Shown: positions 39,655 through 49,579 of the stretch, piece after piece | How positions within the stretch are numbered: the first letter of the stretch is position 1 | Layout of the letters: every line of letters starts with the position of its first letter | NCBI GenBank assembly: GCA_965116605.1 | Contig: OZ220697.1 | Span: forward strand, 1,439,013 to 1,503,012 | Direction: 5' to 3' | From: Dehalococcoidia bacterium | GTDB lineage: Bacteria; Chloroflexota; Dehalococcoidia; Lucifugimonadales; UBA2962 | Length of the DNA: 64,000 nt | Made by a program: the position numbers and the translations under genes | Notes under the pieces: generated by a model | What the model was told of the DNA's origin: nothing | What the model saw: the letters and a program-made list of their open reading frames with translations, nothing else | The model's database searches: none

Positions 39655-40419
39655 CTACCGGGCGGTCCAGCCCCCATCGATAACCAGCTCGGCCCCTGTC
39701 ATGTAGGACGATTCGTCGGAGGCCAGGAACAGCACGCCGTAGGCGATCTCTTCCGGCTCGGCCATTCGGCCCATTGGGTGCTCGGTGTCGAACCGCTTTA
39801 CGTGGGCCGGCTGGTATGCCTCCCACAGCATCGGGGTATCGACGGGACCCGGAAAGACCGTGTTGACCCTGATGCACTCTGAGGCGAACTGCATGGCCGC
39901 CGAGCGGGCAAGGCTACGCACCGCCCCCTTCGAGGCGTGGTAAGCAGCGGCAAGTTCGCCTGCCGCGATGGCGGAAATCGAAGCAACATTCACGATCGAA
40001 CCGCCCCCAGCGGCCCTCATCGACGGAACGGCATGCTTCATGCCCAGGAAGACGCCCGCGGCGTTGACGGACATCAGCCGGTCCCACTCCTCGATCGTCG
40101 TCTCGGCGATTCGATGGGGCGAGAGGATGCCGGCGTTGTTGACCAGCACATCGAGTGAGCCGAACCTCGATGCGGTAGCCCGAACCGCCTGCTCCCAGTC
40201 AGCCTCCCTGCTCACGTCGAGGGGGTAGAACATGGCCGTTCCTCCCCCGTGCTCCTCGTTTATCCCGCCGGCCACGGCCACTCCCTCGCCGGCGAGAGTG
40301 TCGCAGACAACCACCTTCGCGCCCTCGCCAGCGAATATCCTCGCCTCGGCCGAGCCCTGTCCTCGCGCCGCGCCGGTTATCAGCGCCACCTTGCCCTTCA
40401 GCCTGCCGTATCCACTCAC
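39655..40419 (-). CDS. SDR oxidoreductase (3alpha,20beta-HSD-like)
   Basis: TGAARGQG, NNAG, YHASKGAVR and VIDGG motifs; GTG start 7 nt after TAGTAT. Confidence 0.9.
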   Translation of the reverse strand: MSGYGRLKGKVALITGAARGQGSAEARIFAGEGAKVVVCDTLAGEGVAVAGGINEEHGGGTAMFYPLDVSREADWEQAVRATASRFGSLDVLVNNAGILSPHRIAETTIEEWDRLMSVNAAGVFLGMKHAVPSMRAAGGGSIVNVASISAIAAGELAAAYHASKGAVRSLARSAAMQFASECIRVNTVFPGPVDTPMLWEAYQPAHVKRFDTEHPMGRMAEPEEIAYGVLFLASDESSYMTGAELVIDGGWTAR

Positions 40420-40487
40420 AAAACGCATACTACCGCCGCCACCGACCCTGCTTCAACGATCTCCGTGAGCGAGACGGGCTCAAGCGG

Positions 40488-40516
40488 TTGACCGAACGAA
40501 AGTTCTGTTCTAAACT
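40488..40516 (+). promoter_or_regulatory. Sigma70-type promoter TTGACC-N17-TAAACT with a LexA (Cheo-type) box GAAC-N4-GTTC in the spacer
   Basis: TTGACC 40488-40493, GAACGAAAGTTC 40494-40505, TAAACT 40511-40516. Confidence 0.75.
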
Positions 40517-40538
40517 TGTTCTAATGGAGGGAAGCCAA

Positions 40539-40799
40539 GTGACGGTCAACCAGCTTCAGATGCCTGGCATTGCGGACCTGACCTACGCCGGCGCTGGCCC
40601 CAACGAATTCGAACCCGGTCAGCGGGTTCTGTATCTCGGCAGGGTCAGTGGCGGGCCCAGGTACGGGTCCAAGGGGATCGTCCGCGAGGTGCGGGGACGC
40701 AAGGCGGTGGTTGAGATTGAGGGGCGGCGAAGGCGCCGGCGGACGGACGTCTGGCACATACCCTACTACTTCCTGGCCGTGCCCGGCCGGGCCGCGTAG
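40539..40799 (+). CDS. Small hypothetical SH3-like protein, putatively SOS-induced
   Basis: GGAGG RBS then GTG; 86 aa MTVNQLQMPGI...FEPGQRVLYLG...GSKGIVREVRGRKAVVEI...VWHIPYYFL. Confidence 0.75.
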   Translation: MTVNQLQMPGIADLTYAGAGPNEFEPGQRVLYLGRVSGGPRYGSKGIVREVRGRKAVVEIEGRRRRRRTDVWHIPYYFLAVPGRAA

Positions 40800-40905
40800 A
40801 CACCGAAGAGCGGCCCGGGTTCTCGCGGCTCATCGGGTGGTCTCGTGCCCGGCGGAACGCGGGTCGGCCGGCGGCAACTCCCCATCACCCATGCCGGTGC
40901 GGCGG

Positions 40906-41802
40906 TCAATCCTCCTGGCTTCGCTGGGCCTTAAGGAAGTCCTCTAGCTCGGCAACCATGGCCTCCGGGCTGGGCATCGTCCCCTCCCGCCTCCCTGCCG
41001 GAGCCTGCCGATCGTAGCGTCGCTCCAGCATCTTCACGTACTGCGCGACGTCCTTTTCGCCTGAGATGGCCCTGTCGACCTCCGTCTCCCAGACCACTCC
41101 GCCCTGTCTCAGCTCGCTCAGCTCATCGTCCAGCAACATCGTCGGATCTATCACGTCCCTCAGCCCTGCAAGGAGCGCATGCGTCGCCTTCGGGTTCGGT
41201 GAGGTCGTCACGTAATGGGGTGAGTGACCCCACAGGCTCACGTACGGGATCGACCTGCTGGCGCACGCGTCCATGAGGGCGGTGTGGATGCCCGCCGGAC
41301 CCTCGTAGCCGGACTCGAGTATGCCAAGTTCACCCAGGCGCTCGACATACCCCTGGGTGGTGGCCACCCCGGTGATCTTCGTTTCGCGCGAGTGGGGTAC
41401 CGCGTCCATCAGTGCCCCGAGGGTCACGATCGCTTCCACGCCGAAGCGCTCGGCCTCCGACAGCAGTATCTCGGTGTAGGATCGCCAGCGCAGGTTTGGC
41501 TCCGTCCCCAGAAACAGGAGCAGGTGAGGGTCGCGGCGTTCTGGATCCGAGTAGGAGAACTCGCTCTCGGGCCATGACATTCCCCTTCGCCCCGACTTGT
41601 CTACGAAGGTGTGGGGACGCACCTCGGTGAGCACAAAGAACGGGTCGGGGTCGATCTCGGCGTACGCCGTGGCCTCTGTCAGTCGGGCAAGGAACCTGAC
41701 GGCGTTGGTGGAGGCCTGGGCGGCGTCCGGCCACCCCGCGAAGGACGCCACAAGGAAGCGAGCCTGGTGCCGCGGTCGCTCGTGGACTACTAGACCCTCC
41801 AT
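40906..41802 (-). CDS. PAC2 (proteasome assembly chaperone-like) family protein
   Basis: SFAGWPDAAQAST, GTEPNLRW, LGALMDAVPH, YEGPAGI, SLWGHSPHY and YVKMLE motifs; ATG 41802. Confidence 0.88.
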   Translation of the reverse strand: MEGLVVHERPRHQARFLVASFAGWPDAAQASTNAVRFLARLTEATAYAEIDPDPFFVLTEVRPHTFVDKSGRRGMSWPESEFSYSDPERRDPHLLLFLGTEPNLRWRSYTEILLSEAERFGVEAIVTLGALMDAVPHSRETKITGVATTQGYVERLGELGILESGYEGPAGIHTALMDACASRSIPYVSLWGHSPHYVTTSPNPKATHALLAGLRDVIDPTMLLDDELSELRQGGVVWETEVDRAISGEKDVAQYVKMLERRYDRQAPAGRREGTMPSPEAMVAELEDFLKAQRSQED

Positions 41803-41892
41803 CCCATCACGATAGCACGGTAAGGCGCGGGCCGCCGAAAGCGGAAAGAGGTTACGATGACGCCGCACACAAGGCATCCAGGAGCATCGACC

Positions 41893-42827
41893 ATGGCCGA
41901 GCGAACCATTGGAGTAGTAGTAGAGGACGGAACCCCGCAGGGCATCGTTTCGACGATACGGCGATTGGAGGGAGCGGGGGTGCCGGCGGCCTGGATGACC
42001 TCGGCCGCAGGGCCCTGCGATGTCCTGACCGTTTACGCCGCGGCAGTCGTTCAGACCGAGCGAATCAGGCTGGGCACATCCGTCGTCCGCAACTGGTCGC
42101 GCCACCCGATCACCCTGGCTGAGCAGGCCCGGGCGGTGTGGGACCTCGCCCCGGGCCGCCTTGCACTTGGCGTGGGGCCGGCCCACAAGGCCTCCATGGA
42201 GCACGACTTCGGCCAACCATACGACCGGCCCCTGGGACACCTGGAGGAATACGTAAGGGTCCTCAAGGATCTGCTGCAGGGTGGCGAGGTGCACTGGAGG
42301 GAAGCTTTTACACGGCCCGGGCCAGCGCGGGAGGCGGGGTCGACATCCCCGTCCACGCATCGGCGCTGAGGCCCAGATCTTTCGAGCTGTGCGGCAGGGC
42401 GGCCGATGGGGCCATCACCTGGGTCTGTCCGCTCGATTACGTCCGGGACCAGGCCCTGCCGACCCTTCGCCGGGCCGCGGCTGCCGCCGGGCGCAAGGTC
42501 CCTGCGATGATAGTCCATGTGCCCGTATGCCTGACCGAGGACGCAAGCGAGGCGAGGGGCGCTCTCAGGGAGCGGCTGGGCTATTTCCCGGGGTCGACCA
42601 ACTACTCGCGGATGTTCGATCTGGCCGGCTTTCCCGGCTCGGACAAGACCGGATGGACGGACGAGCTGGCAGATGCCGTCATGGTGCACGGCAGCGCGGC
42701 GACCGTCTCCCGCAGGCTCGATGAAGTGTTCGGCTGGGGAGCGGATGAACTGGTCGTAACTGTCCTTGGAGACGGGGACCAGTGGGACCGGACCGCCGCC
42801 CTGCTTGCAGAACTGTCGCAGGGATGA
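41893..42827 (+). CDS. LLM-class flavin/F420-dependent oxidoreductase, 1-bp deletion at ~42296
   Basis: TERIRLGTSV..RHP...GRLALGVG. Restoring one G (tgg gag gga) joins to SFYTA...ASALRP...ADGAITW...GADE. Confidence 0.85.
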
Positions 42828-42843
42828 GAGGCCGCCGCGGCAC

Positions 42844-43401
42844 CTAGCCCGGGAGATCCAGGACGCCTGCGGCGCCCAGGGTCATGCAGAGCCCCGCTAT
42901 CGTCTTGGCGTCCCTTATCTCGCCGTCCGCCACCATGGCCCGGGCCTCGGAAGCAGGCACCCTCACCACCTCGGCGATCTCGAATGGATCGGGCGTAAGG
43001 GGCGAGGGACGCAGGTCCCTGGCCAGAAACAGGTGCAGGTACTCGGTGAGGAAGCCGGGGGCGGCGTAAAAGCCCCCCAGAGACCTGAGTTCTCCGGCGG
43101 CCAGACCGGTCTCCTCGCGAAGCTCCCGCTGTGCCGTTACGGCCGGCTCTTCGCCCCTTTCCATCTTTCCCGCTGGCAGCTCAAGGAGAACGCGCTTTGC
43201 CGCGTGCCTGTACTGCCTGACCATCACGACGTTCCCGAACTCATCGACCGGGACGATGGTGACCGCATCCGGGTGCTCGACGACCTCGAACCTCGCCGCA
43301 GAACCATCCGGGAGGCGCAGCACATCGACCGTGACGGTCATGATGCTGCCGCCAAAGACCACCTCCCGTGATACGGGATGCGCCGGGTCAGGACCTGTCA
43401 A
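42844..43401 (-). CDS. NUDIX hydrolase (ADP-ribose pyrophosphatase-like)
   Basis: VRQYR, ELPAGKMERGEEPAVTAQRELREETG Nudix box and DAKT motifs. Confidence 0.92.
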   Translation of the reverse strand: MTGPDPAHPVSREVVFGGSIMTVTVDVLRLPDGSAARFEVVEHPDAVTIVPVDEFGNVVMVRQYRHAAKRVLLELPAGKMERGEEPAVTAQRELREETGLAAGELRSLGGFYAAPGFLTEYLHLFLARDLRPSPLTPDPFEIAEVVRVPASEARAMVADGEIRDAKTIAGLCMTLGAAGVLDLPG

Positions 43402-44245
43402 CGATTCCCAGGCGACGGGTCAGGCTTGCATAGAAGTCGTGCGGCGGCCTGAGCCTTACGAAACGCGCACAATACGGGCTCCGGCGGATGCTCACGACAT
43501 CGCCGGGACCGAGCCGGGACACCGGGAAGCCGTCCACGCTCAGGAGCGTGTCGGCCTCGTTGACGACCTTAAGGTCCACGACCGTGTCGCCGGGCAGGAC
43601 CAGTCCCCTGTTCAGGCACATGTGGGGGGCAACGGGCAGCAGAACGATGTCCTCCAGCCGGGGGCTTACCAGGGGCCCCCCTGCCGCCATCGCGTATCCG
43701 GTGCTGCCGCTGGCGGTCGACACCATCACGCCATCGGCCCTGTAGACCGTCAGCTCGGCCTGGTCGACGCTGGCCTCAACGTTGAGAAGCCTCGCGCTCT
43801 GTCCGCGGCTGAGCACGACCTCGTTTAAGGCATCGGCGTAGGGGACCGTGGCACCCGAGGTCAGCGTCACCCGGACCCTGACCATCATCCGCTCGTCGAT
43901 CCAGGCACCCTGCGCTTCGCCGCGTACGTAACACGCTATCCCGGCCTCCGCATCGTCCACGTCCAGCTCGGACATGAAGCCGACCTTGCCCAGGTTGATC
44001 GAAAGGATCGGCACCTCGTAGGGAGCGGTGACCCGGACGGTCCTCAGGATGGTGCCGTCGCCGCCCGAGATTACCAGAACGGAGGTCTGCGAGAGCTCTT
44101 CCTGCCGCTCGGTGACGCTGTCGGCGGGAGAGGCCCAGGCGATATCGGCTATGTCCAGCGATGCGATGAGGGAGTGGACCAGGTCACGCGCCCTGGGCAT
44201 CTGTCCGTTGTAGACGAACCCGATGCTGGCCTTGCTGTCGTTCAT
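43388..44245 (-). CDS. nadK: NAD kinase
   Basis: GGDGT, NLGKVGF, ALNE and ADGVMVSTASGSTGY..AAGGP motifs. Confidence 0.93.
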   Translation of the reverse strand: MNDSKASIGFVYNGQMPRARDLVHSLIASLDIADIAWASPADSVTERQEELSQTSVLVISGGDGTILRTVRVTAPYEVPILSINLGKVGFMSELDVDDAEAGIACYVRGEAQGAWIDERMMVRVRVTLTSGATVPYADALNEVVLSRGQSARLLNVEASVDQAELTVYRADGVMVSTASGSTGYAMAAGGPLVSPRLEDIVLLPVAPHMCLNRGLVLPGDTVVDLKVVNEADTLLSVDGFPVSRLGPGDVVSIRRSPYCARFVRLRPPHDFYASLTRRLGIVDRS

Positions 44246-44272
44246 AGGAGAGGACTGGGTTTCCGCCCCAGA

Positions 44273-45775
44273 TTACATCACTGGTCCGATGCTCAGCACC
44301 TCTGCCGCCGTCTTGGCCATGCGGATGAGCGGAGTCGGATAAACTCCGAAGAACAGGAGCGCGGCAACGCTCACCCCGAGGGCCACATGAAGCGGCCTTT
44401 CGCCCTTGACCGGGCGTGCCTCAGTCGGCTCGGACAGGTACATCACCTTTATCACACGCATGTAGTAGTAGGCGGAGACGACGCTGTTCAGCGCTCCGGC
44501 CAGCACCAGCCACGAAAGGCCGCTGCTGGCCGCGGCGCTGAATATGTTTAGCTTGATCATGAACCCCACGGTAGGTGGAACGCCCGTCAGGGAGATCAGG
44601 GCGAAGGCGAGCGCGGCGGCAAGCCATGGCGCGCGCCTGCCCATTCCGGCCATGTCCTTGATGCGGTCGCTCCCGACCCGGTTGGAGATAGCTATCACCG
44701 CGGCAAACGCCGCAAGATTGGTGGCCGCGTAGCCGACCAGATAAAACAGCACGCCGGCCGGGCCTTCGGCAGTGCCGCCAGCAGGGTCCCTGGCGGTGAC
44801 GGCCGCCAGGCCGACCATGATGTAGCCCGCGTGCGCAATGGTCGAGTATGCCAGCAGTCGCTTCATTCCCCGCTGTGCGATCGCGACGAAATTGCCCAGG
44901 GTCATCGACATGATCGCCAGCACGGCGAAGATGGCGCTCCATTCGATGCTGACCAGAGAATCGGGAAAAGCCACGTAGAAGACCCGCAGTATCACCGCAA
45001 AGCCGGCCGCCTTGCTCGCCACTGACAGGAACGCCGTTACCGGCGTAGGGGCCCCTTCGTACACGTCCGGCACCCACATCTGGAACGGGACGGTGGAGAT
45101 CTTGAATCCGAATCCGGCGATGATGAACACGATCCCGAGCAGGAGGGCGTACCCGCCTAGTGGCTCTGCGCCGGTGCTTACGCTGAAGATGCCGCGCGCT
45201 ATCTCGCCCAGGTCTGTACTGCCGGCAAAGCCGTACACCCACACCATGCCGTAAAGCAGCAGGGCCGAGCTCAGGGCGCTCAGGATCAGGAACTTCATGC
45301 CCGCCTCGGTGGACCGGCTGCTGCCGGCAAGGGCCACCAGGGCCGCAAGCGGCAGCGCCGTCAACTCCAGGGCGATGTAGATCGTGATCAGTTCCAGTGT
45401 CGAGCCGAGCAGCATCATGCCCGCCACCGACAGGAGGATCAGGGAGAAATACTCGGCCCTGAGGGTGTCGAAGCGGCGGACGTACTCGGTGGACATCAGC
45501 ACGACAACCGCCATTGAGCCGGCGAGAAGGAACTTGATGAACAGGCTGAACTTGTCCACCGAGAGAGTCCCGAATACGCCCGTCACCGCCGGGTCGCCAT
45601 GGTCCAGGTCGATCCAAAGCGCGGTCGTCAGCGCCAGCGCCGCAACCAGACCGGACACCACCAGGATCGGCAGGACTTTTCGGTCCTTTGCGAGAAAATC
45701 GACGAGCAGGATCAAGAGCGCCACGCCGACAAGGCACAGCTCGGGAGATAGCAGGTAGATGTCGTAGGCGGTCAC
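44273..45775 (-). CDS. nuoN: NADH-quinone oxidoreductase subunit N
   Basis: EAGMKF, FKISTVPFQMWVPDVYEGAP and KRLLAYSTIAHAGY motifs. Confidence 0.95.
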   Translation of the reverse strand: MTAYDIYLLSPELCLVGVALLILLVDFLAKDRKVLPILVVSGLVAALALTTALWIDLDHGDPAVTGVFGTLSVDKFSLFIKFLLAGSMAVVVLMSTEYVRRFDTLRAEYFSLILLSVAGMMLLGSTLELITIYIALELTALPLAALVALAGSSRSTEAGMKFLILSALSSALLLYGMVWVYGFAGSTDLGEIARGIFSVSTGAEPLGGYALLLGIVFIIAGFGFKISTVPFQMWVPDVYEGAPTPVTAFLSVASKAAGFAVILRVFYVAFPDSLVSIEWSAIFAVLAIMSMTLGNFVAIAQRGMKRLLAYSTIAHAGYIMVGLAAVTARDPAGGTAEGPAGVLFYLVGYAATNLAAFAAVIAISNRVGSDRIKDMAGMGRRAPWLAAALAFALISLTGVPPTVGFMIKLNIFSAAASSGLSWLVLAGALNSVVSAYYYMRVIKVMYLSEPTEARPVKGERPLHVALGVSVAALLFFGVYPTPLIRMAKTAAEVLSIGPVM

Positions 45776-45865
45776 GGCCGGTCCCTCACGGAATGCAGGT
45801 CCGCACGCCCTGTAAAGATCCCGGCAATCGCATCATCGAAGAGAACAATCACTGGCGATTCGCCC

Positions 45866-47386
45866 CTAACGCATTCCGACCTGCGCGCCCGTAACGTCCT
45901 GCACGATCGGCTCGATGCCGATTGCGAACACGTCGGATATGAACGCCGGATATATGCCGAACAGGATGATCGGCACGATCAACAAGACCATGGGGATCAG
46001 GTCGGTGCGGGTCGCGTCCGGGAGCGTGGACCATCGCTCCATGCGCGGTCCGAACATAGCCCGCTGAATCATCCACAGGATGTAGCCGGCCGTGATGACC
46101 ACCCCGAAGACCGCGAGCACCGTCGGCCAGCTCCAGACCGGGAAGGTGCCCAAGAAGACCAGGATCTCGGCCGCAAATCCGCTCGTCCCAGGAAGGCCAA
46201 GAGAGGCGAATCCGGCGATCAGGAAGCCCACCGCTATCAGCGGCATGCTGCCGGCCAGGCCGCCCAGGTCCGGTATGTACCGGGTGTGTGCGCGGTCATA
46301 TACCAGACCCACCATCAGGAACATCAGGCCGGTGATAGTGCCGTGGGTGAACATCTGCATCGCCGCACCGGTGAGCCCGATGGCGCCCGTCTCCGCCGAG
46401 GCCGCCGCGATCGCCGACAGGCCGATCAGCACGTATCCCATGTGGCTGATGCTGCTGAACGCGACGAGCCGCTTCATATCCGTCTGCCGCAGGGTGACCA
46501 CCGCACCGTACAGGACGTTTATCACGCCCGCTGTGGCCAGGAGCCAGGACAGGTCCGCCATGGTATCGGGCATCATCGCCGCGGTGACCCGGATCATCCC
46601 GTAGCCGCCCATCTTAAGCAGCACGCCGGCGAGCATGACGCTCACCGCCGTGGGCGCGTCGGTGTGGGCATCCGGCAGCCAGGTGTGAACCGGCCAGACC
46701 GGAAGCTTTACGGCGAAACCGACGAATAGCAGCCCGAAGATCGCCCCTACGGGCAGCGCGAGCTTTGCGCCACCCTGGATCAGGCCCGGCATTGCGGTCA
46801 TGTCGAACGTGCCAAAGGTGACGAACAGGGCAAGGATTCCCACAAGCATGAAAGCGCTGCCGATAAAGGTGAACAGCAGGAACTTCATGGCCGAGTACTC
46901 TTTGCGGCCACTGCCCCAGGTGGAGATCAGGAAGAACATAGGCACGAGCTCGAGTTCCCAGAAAAGGAAGAACATGAGGAAATCGAGCGCCGTGAACACG
47001 CCTAGCACGGCGGTCTGCAGGACCAGCAGCCAGACGAAGTACTCCCTCACCCGGTGCTTGATTCCCCAGGAGGCATACACGGCGGCCATCCCGAGCAGCC
47101 CGGTCAGCAGGACCATGGGAGCACTGAGCCCGTCCACGGCCAGGAAGTACTCCACGTTGAAAGAGGCGATGGGCACCCAGTCGGATACCCGGTCCACCAT
47201 CTGCAGCCCGCCCGCGTCGCGGTCGTAGCTCGCGAATACGACGATGCTGAGCACGAGCTGTGCCAGGGCCACTATCCCCGCGGCCCATTTCACCTGACGG
47301 TCACTGCGGGCGAGCAGCGCTATCGCCGCGGCAGCGACCAGCGGAAGGAAGACCAGGCTCGTCAGTAGTCCGTTCACGCCGTCCAT
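45866..47386 (-). CDS. nuoM: NADH-quinone oxidoreductase subunit M
   Basis: FWELELVPMF, KLPVWPVHTWLPDAH and LGLPGTSGF motifs. Confidence 0.95.
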   Translation of the reverse strand: MDGVNGLLTSLVFLPLVAAAAIALLARSDRQVKWAAGIVALAQLVLSIVVFASYDRDAGGLQMVDRVSDWVPIASFNVEYFLAVDGLSAPMVLLTGLLGMAAVYASWGIKHRVREYFVWLLVLQTAVLGVFTALDFLMFFLFWELELVPMFFLISTWGSGRKEYSAMKFLLFTFIGSAFMLVGILALFVTFGTFDMTAMPGLIQGGAKLALPVGAIFGLLFVGFAVKLPVWPVHTWLPDAHTDAPTAVSVMLAGVLLKMGGYGMIRVTAAMMPDTMADLSWLLATAGVINVLYGAVVTLRQTDMKRLVAFSSISHMGYVLIGLSAIAAASAETGAIGLTGAAMQMFTHGTITGLMFLMVGLVYDRAHTRYIPDLGGLAGSMPLIAVGFLIAGFASLGLPGTSGFAAEILVFLGTFPVWSWPTVLAVFGVVITAGYILWMIQRAMFGPRMERWSTLPDATRTDLIPMVLLIVPIILFGIYPAFISDVFAIGIEPIVQDVTGAQVGMR

Positions 47387-47390
47387 ATCC

Positions 47391-49382
47391 CTAGCGGAAC
47401 AGCAGGTAGATCCCGAATATCACGAGCAGCCCGACGGATATCACCGTCCCGTAGCCCTGGAGCTGTCCCGTCTGCAACTGCGCTATCGCCCGGCCGACGT
47501 TGCGGCCGAGCCGGTCAAGCGTCCTGACCACGCCGTCGACCAGGTTCTTATCCAGCCAGTCCAGTGACAGGGCGAAGCGACCGTAAAAAAGCCTGCGGAT
47601 TATCAGGCCCTCGTATAGCTCGTCCACGTAGTACTTATGGACCAGCGCGCGATGCAGCGGCTCGGCCGGCCCTAGGCCTCCCATCCGCCCCCTGGACCTG
47701 AGAACGTGCATCAGGTAGGCCAGCGCGATGCCGCCGACCGCCAGCAGGCTGGTGACCAAGGCCAGACCGCGGCTGAAGTCCTTTACGGCTACGTGGCCGG
47801 CGGACAGGGACTCGTGGGGCGGGCCTATGTTGACGAACTCGGCGAACCAGTGCAGGGGAACCACCCGCAGATCGGTCAGCGGATTGACCAGCCAGCCGAC
47901 CGCGAGCGTGGCGAGGCCGAGCAGGACCAGCGGAAATACCATGCTGGGAGGCGACTCGTGCGGCTCGGCGTCCCCGTGAGCATCGGCCTCGGGGTCGGCC
48001 GCGGCACCGCCCCTGTACTCGCCCTCGAAGGTCATGAACAGTGCGCGGAATATGTAGAAGGCGGTCATGAACGCGGCGACCAGGCCCAGCCAGAAGACCA
48101 CCTCCGCGTCCCAGGTTGTGCCCGCCCGCGCGTAACCCAGAATCTCGTCCTTGCTCCAGAAGCCCGCGGTGGGGGCTATGCCGGCCAGGCTGAGGGCCCC
48201 GATGAGGAACGCCACCCAGGTCCACGGCATCCTCCTGCGCAGCCCGCCCATGTAGCGCATGTCGAAGGTTCCCCCGGCAGCATGGCTGACGCTGCCGGCA
48301 CCCAGGAAGAGCAGGGCCTTAAAGAATGCGTGCGTGAACAGGTGGAAGATCGCCGGACCGTACGCTCCCACGCCGAGCGCCAGCATCATGTAGCCGAGCT
48401 GGCTGATGGTCGAGTAGGCGAGAACCCGCTTTATGTCGTTTTGAACCAGTCCGATGCTGGCAGCGAATATGGCGGTCACCCCGCCCACGATCGCGACGGT
48501 CCGCATCGCCTCGTCCGAGGCCTCAAACACGGGGAAGAACCGCGCGACCAGGAACACCCCGGCCGCGACCATTGTGGCGGCGTGTATGAGCGCGCTCACC
48601 GGAGTTGGGCCCTCCATGGCGTCCGGCAGCCATGTATGGAGCGGCACCTGCCCCGACTTGCCCACGGCCCCGGCGAATATCCCGCCGGCCACCCATCCCG
48701 CTACCGCGCTGGTCATCACGCCGCCAACGGCGATCGCCGCGTGAAGGTCGGTCACGTCAAGCGGATTCAGTCCCTGGGCAGTGAAGGAGTCCGCGTTAAA
48801 GAACAGGTAGAGGATGGCCAGCAGGAACCCGAAATCGCCGACGCGGGTGACCACGAAGGCCTTCTTGGCCGCCGCCGCGGCGGAGGGCCTGTGGAACCAG
48901 AATCCTATGAGGAGGTATGAGCAGGCCCCGACGAGTTCCCAGAACACGAACATCTGGACCAGGTTCGACGACATGACCAGTCCGACCATCGATGCGGTGA
49001 ACAGGGACATGTAGGCAAAGTAGCGCGCGTAGCCACCGTCGCCCTTCATGTATGCCGTCGAGTAGATCTGGATGAGCAGGCTCACGCTCGTTACCACGAG
49101 CAACATAACGGCGGTGAGGCCATCCAGGACTATGCCCACGCTTATGTCCAGGCCCCCCACCGTCAGCCACGTGTGCGGCTCGAACTCCACGGCACCGTGA
49201 TTGCTCGCCACGCTCGCCAGCGCCCAGATCGCCAGGGCAAGGGACACTGCGATGGCCGAAATGGTCACCCACCCGGCCGCTCGCGCCCCGCTCCCGAGCA
49301 GCGGTCGCACGAACAGGCCGATGACCAGGAAAGAGGCCAACGGCAGCAGGAAGATCAGCCAGACGGCAATCTCGCCGATCAT
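47391..49382 (-). CDS. nuoL: NADH-quinone oxidoreductase subunit L
   Basis: GKSGQVPLHTWLPDAMEGPTPVSALIHAATMV, HAFFKALLF and GFWSKD motifs. Confidence 0.96.
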   Translation of the reverse strand: MIGEIAVWLIFLLPLASFLVIGLFVRPLLGSGARAAGWVTISAIAVSLALAIWALASVASNHGAVEFEPHTWLTVGGLDISVGIVLDGLTAVMLLVVTSVSLLIQIYSTAYMKGDGGYARYFAYMSLFTASMVGLVMSSNLVQMFVFWELVGACSYLLIGFWFHRPSAAAAAKKAFVVTRVGDFGFLLAILYLFFNADSFTAQGLNPLDVTDLHAAIAVGGVMTSAVAGWVAGGIFAGAVGKSGQVPLHTWLPDAMEGPTPVSALIHAATMVAAGVFLVARFFPVFEASDEAMRTVAIVGGVTAIFAASIGLVQNDIKRVLAYSTISQLGYMMLALGVGAYGPAIFHLFTHAFFKALLFLGAGSVSHAAGGTFDMRYMGGLRRRMPWTWVAFLIGALSLAGIAPTAGFWSKDEILGYARAGTTWDAEVVFWLGLVAAFMTAFYIFRALFMTFEGEYRGGAAADPEADAHGDAEPHESPPSMVFPLVLLGLATLAVGWLVNPLTDLRVVPLHWFAEFVNIGPPHESLSAGHVAVKDFSRGLALVTSLLAVGGIALAYLMHVLRSRGRMGGLGPAEPLHRALVHKYYVDELYEGLIIRRLFYGRFALSLDWLDKNLVDGVVRTLDRLGRNVGRAIAQLQTGQLQGYGTVISVGLLVIFGIYLLFR

Positions 49383-49577
49383 CTAGAGCTTCCTGAGTAT
49401 CTCGTCGGCCACGTGCTCGCGGCCCTTGGGAACCATCACTCTGTACGTAACCCTCTCACCCCAGGTGAGGATGTCGCCTTCCGGCAGGATCTTGGTGGGC
49501 AGCCCCTCCGCCTCCAGCGCCTCCTTCCACATCTCGGCCGCCATCAGGTTGGGAGCCTTTCGGTAGTCGGTAAACAC
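49383..49577 (-). CDS. Small DUF2007-like protein inserted between nuoK and nuoL
   Basis: 64 aa, APNLMAAEMWKEALEAEGL...YRVMVP...ADEIL; fills the nuoK-nuoL gap with 2-bp and 0-bp spacing. Confidence 0.75.
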   Translation of the reverse strand: MFTDYRKAPNLMAAEMWKEALEAEGLPTKILPEGDILTWGERVTYRVMVPKGREHVADEILRKL

Positions 49578-49579
49578 GT

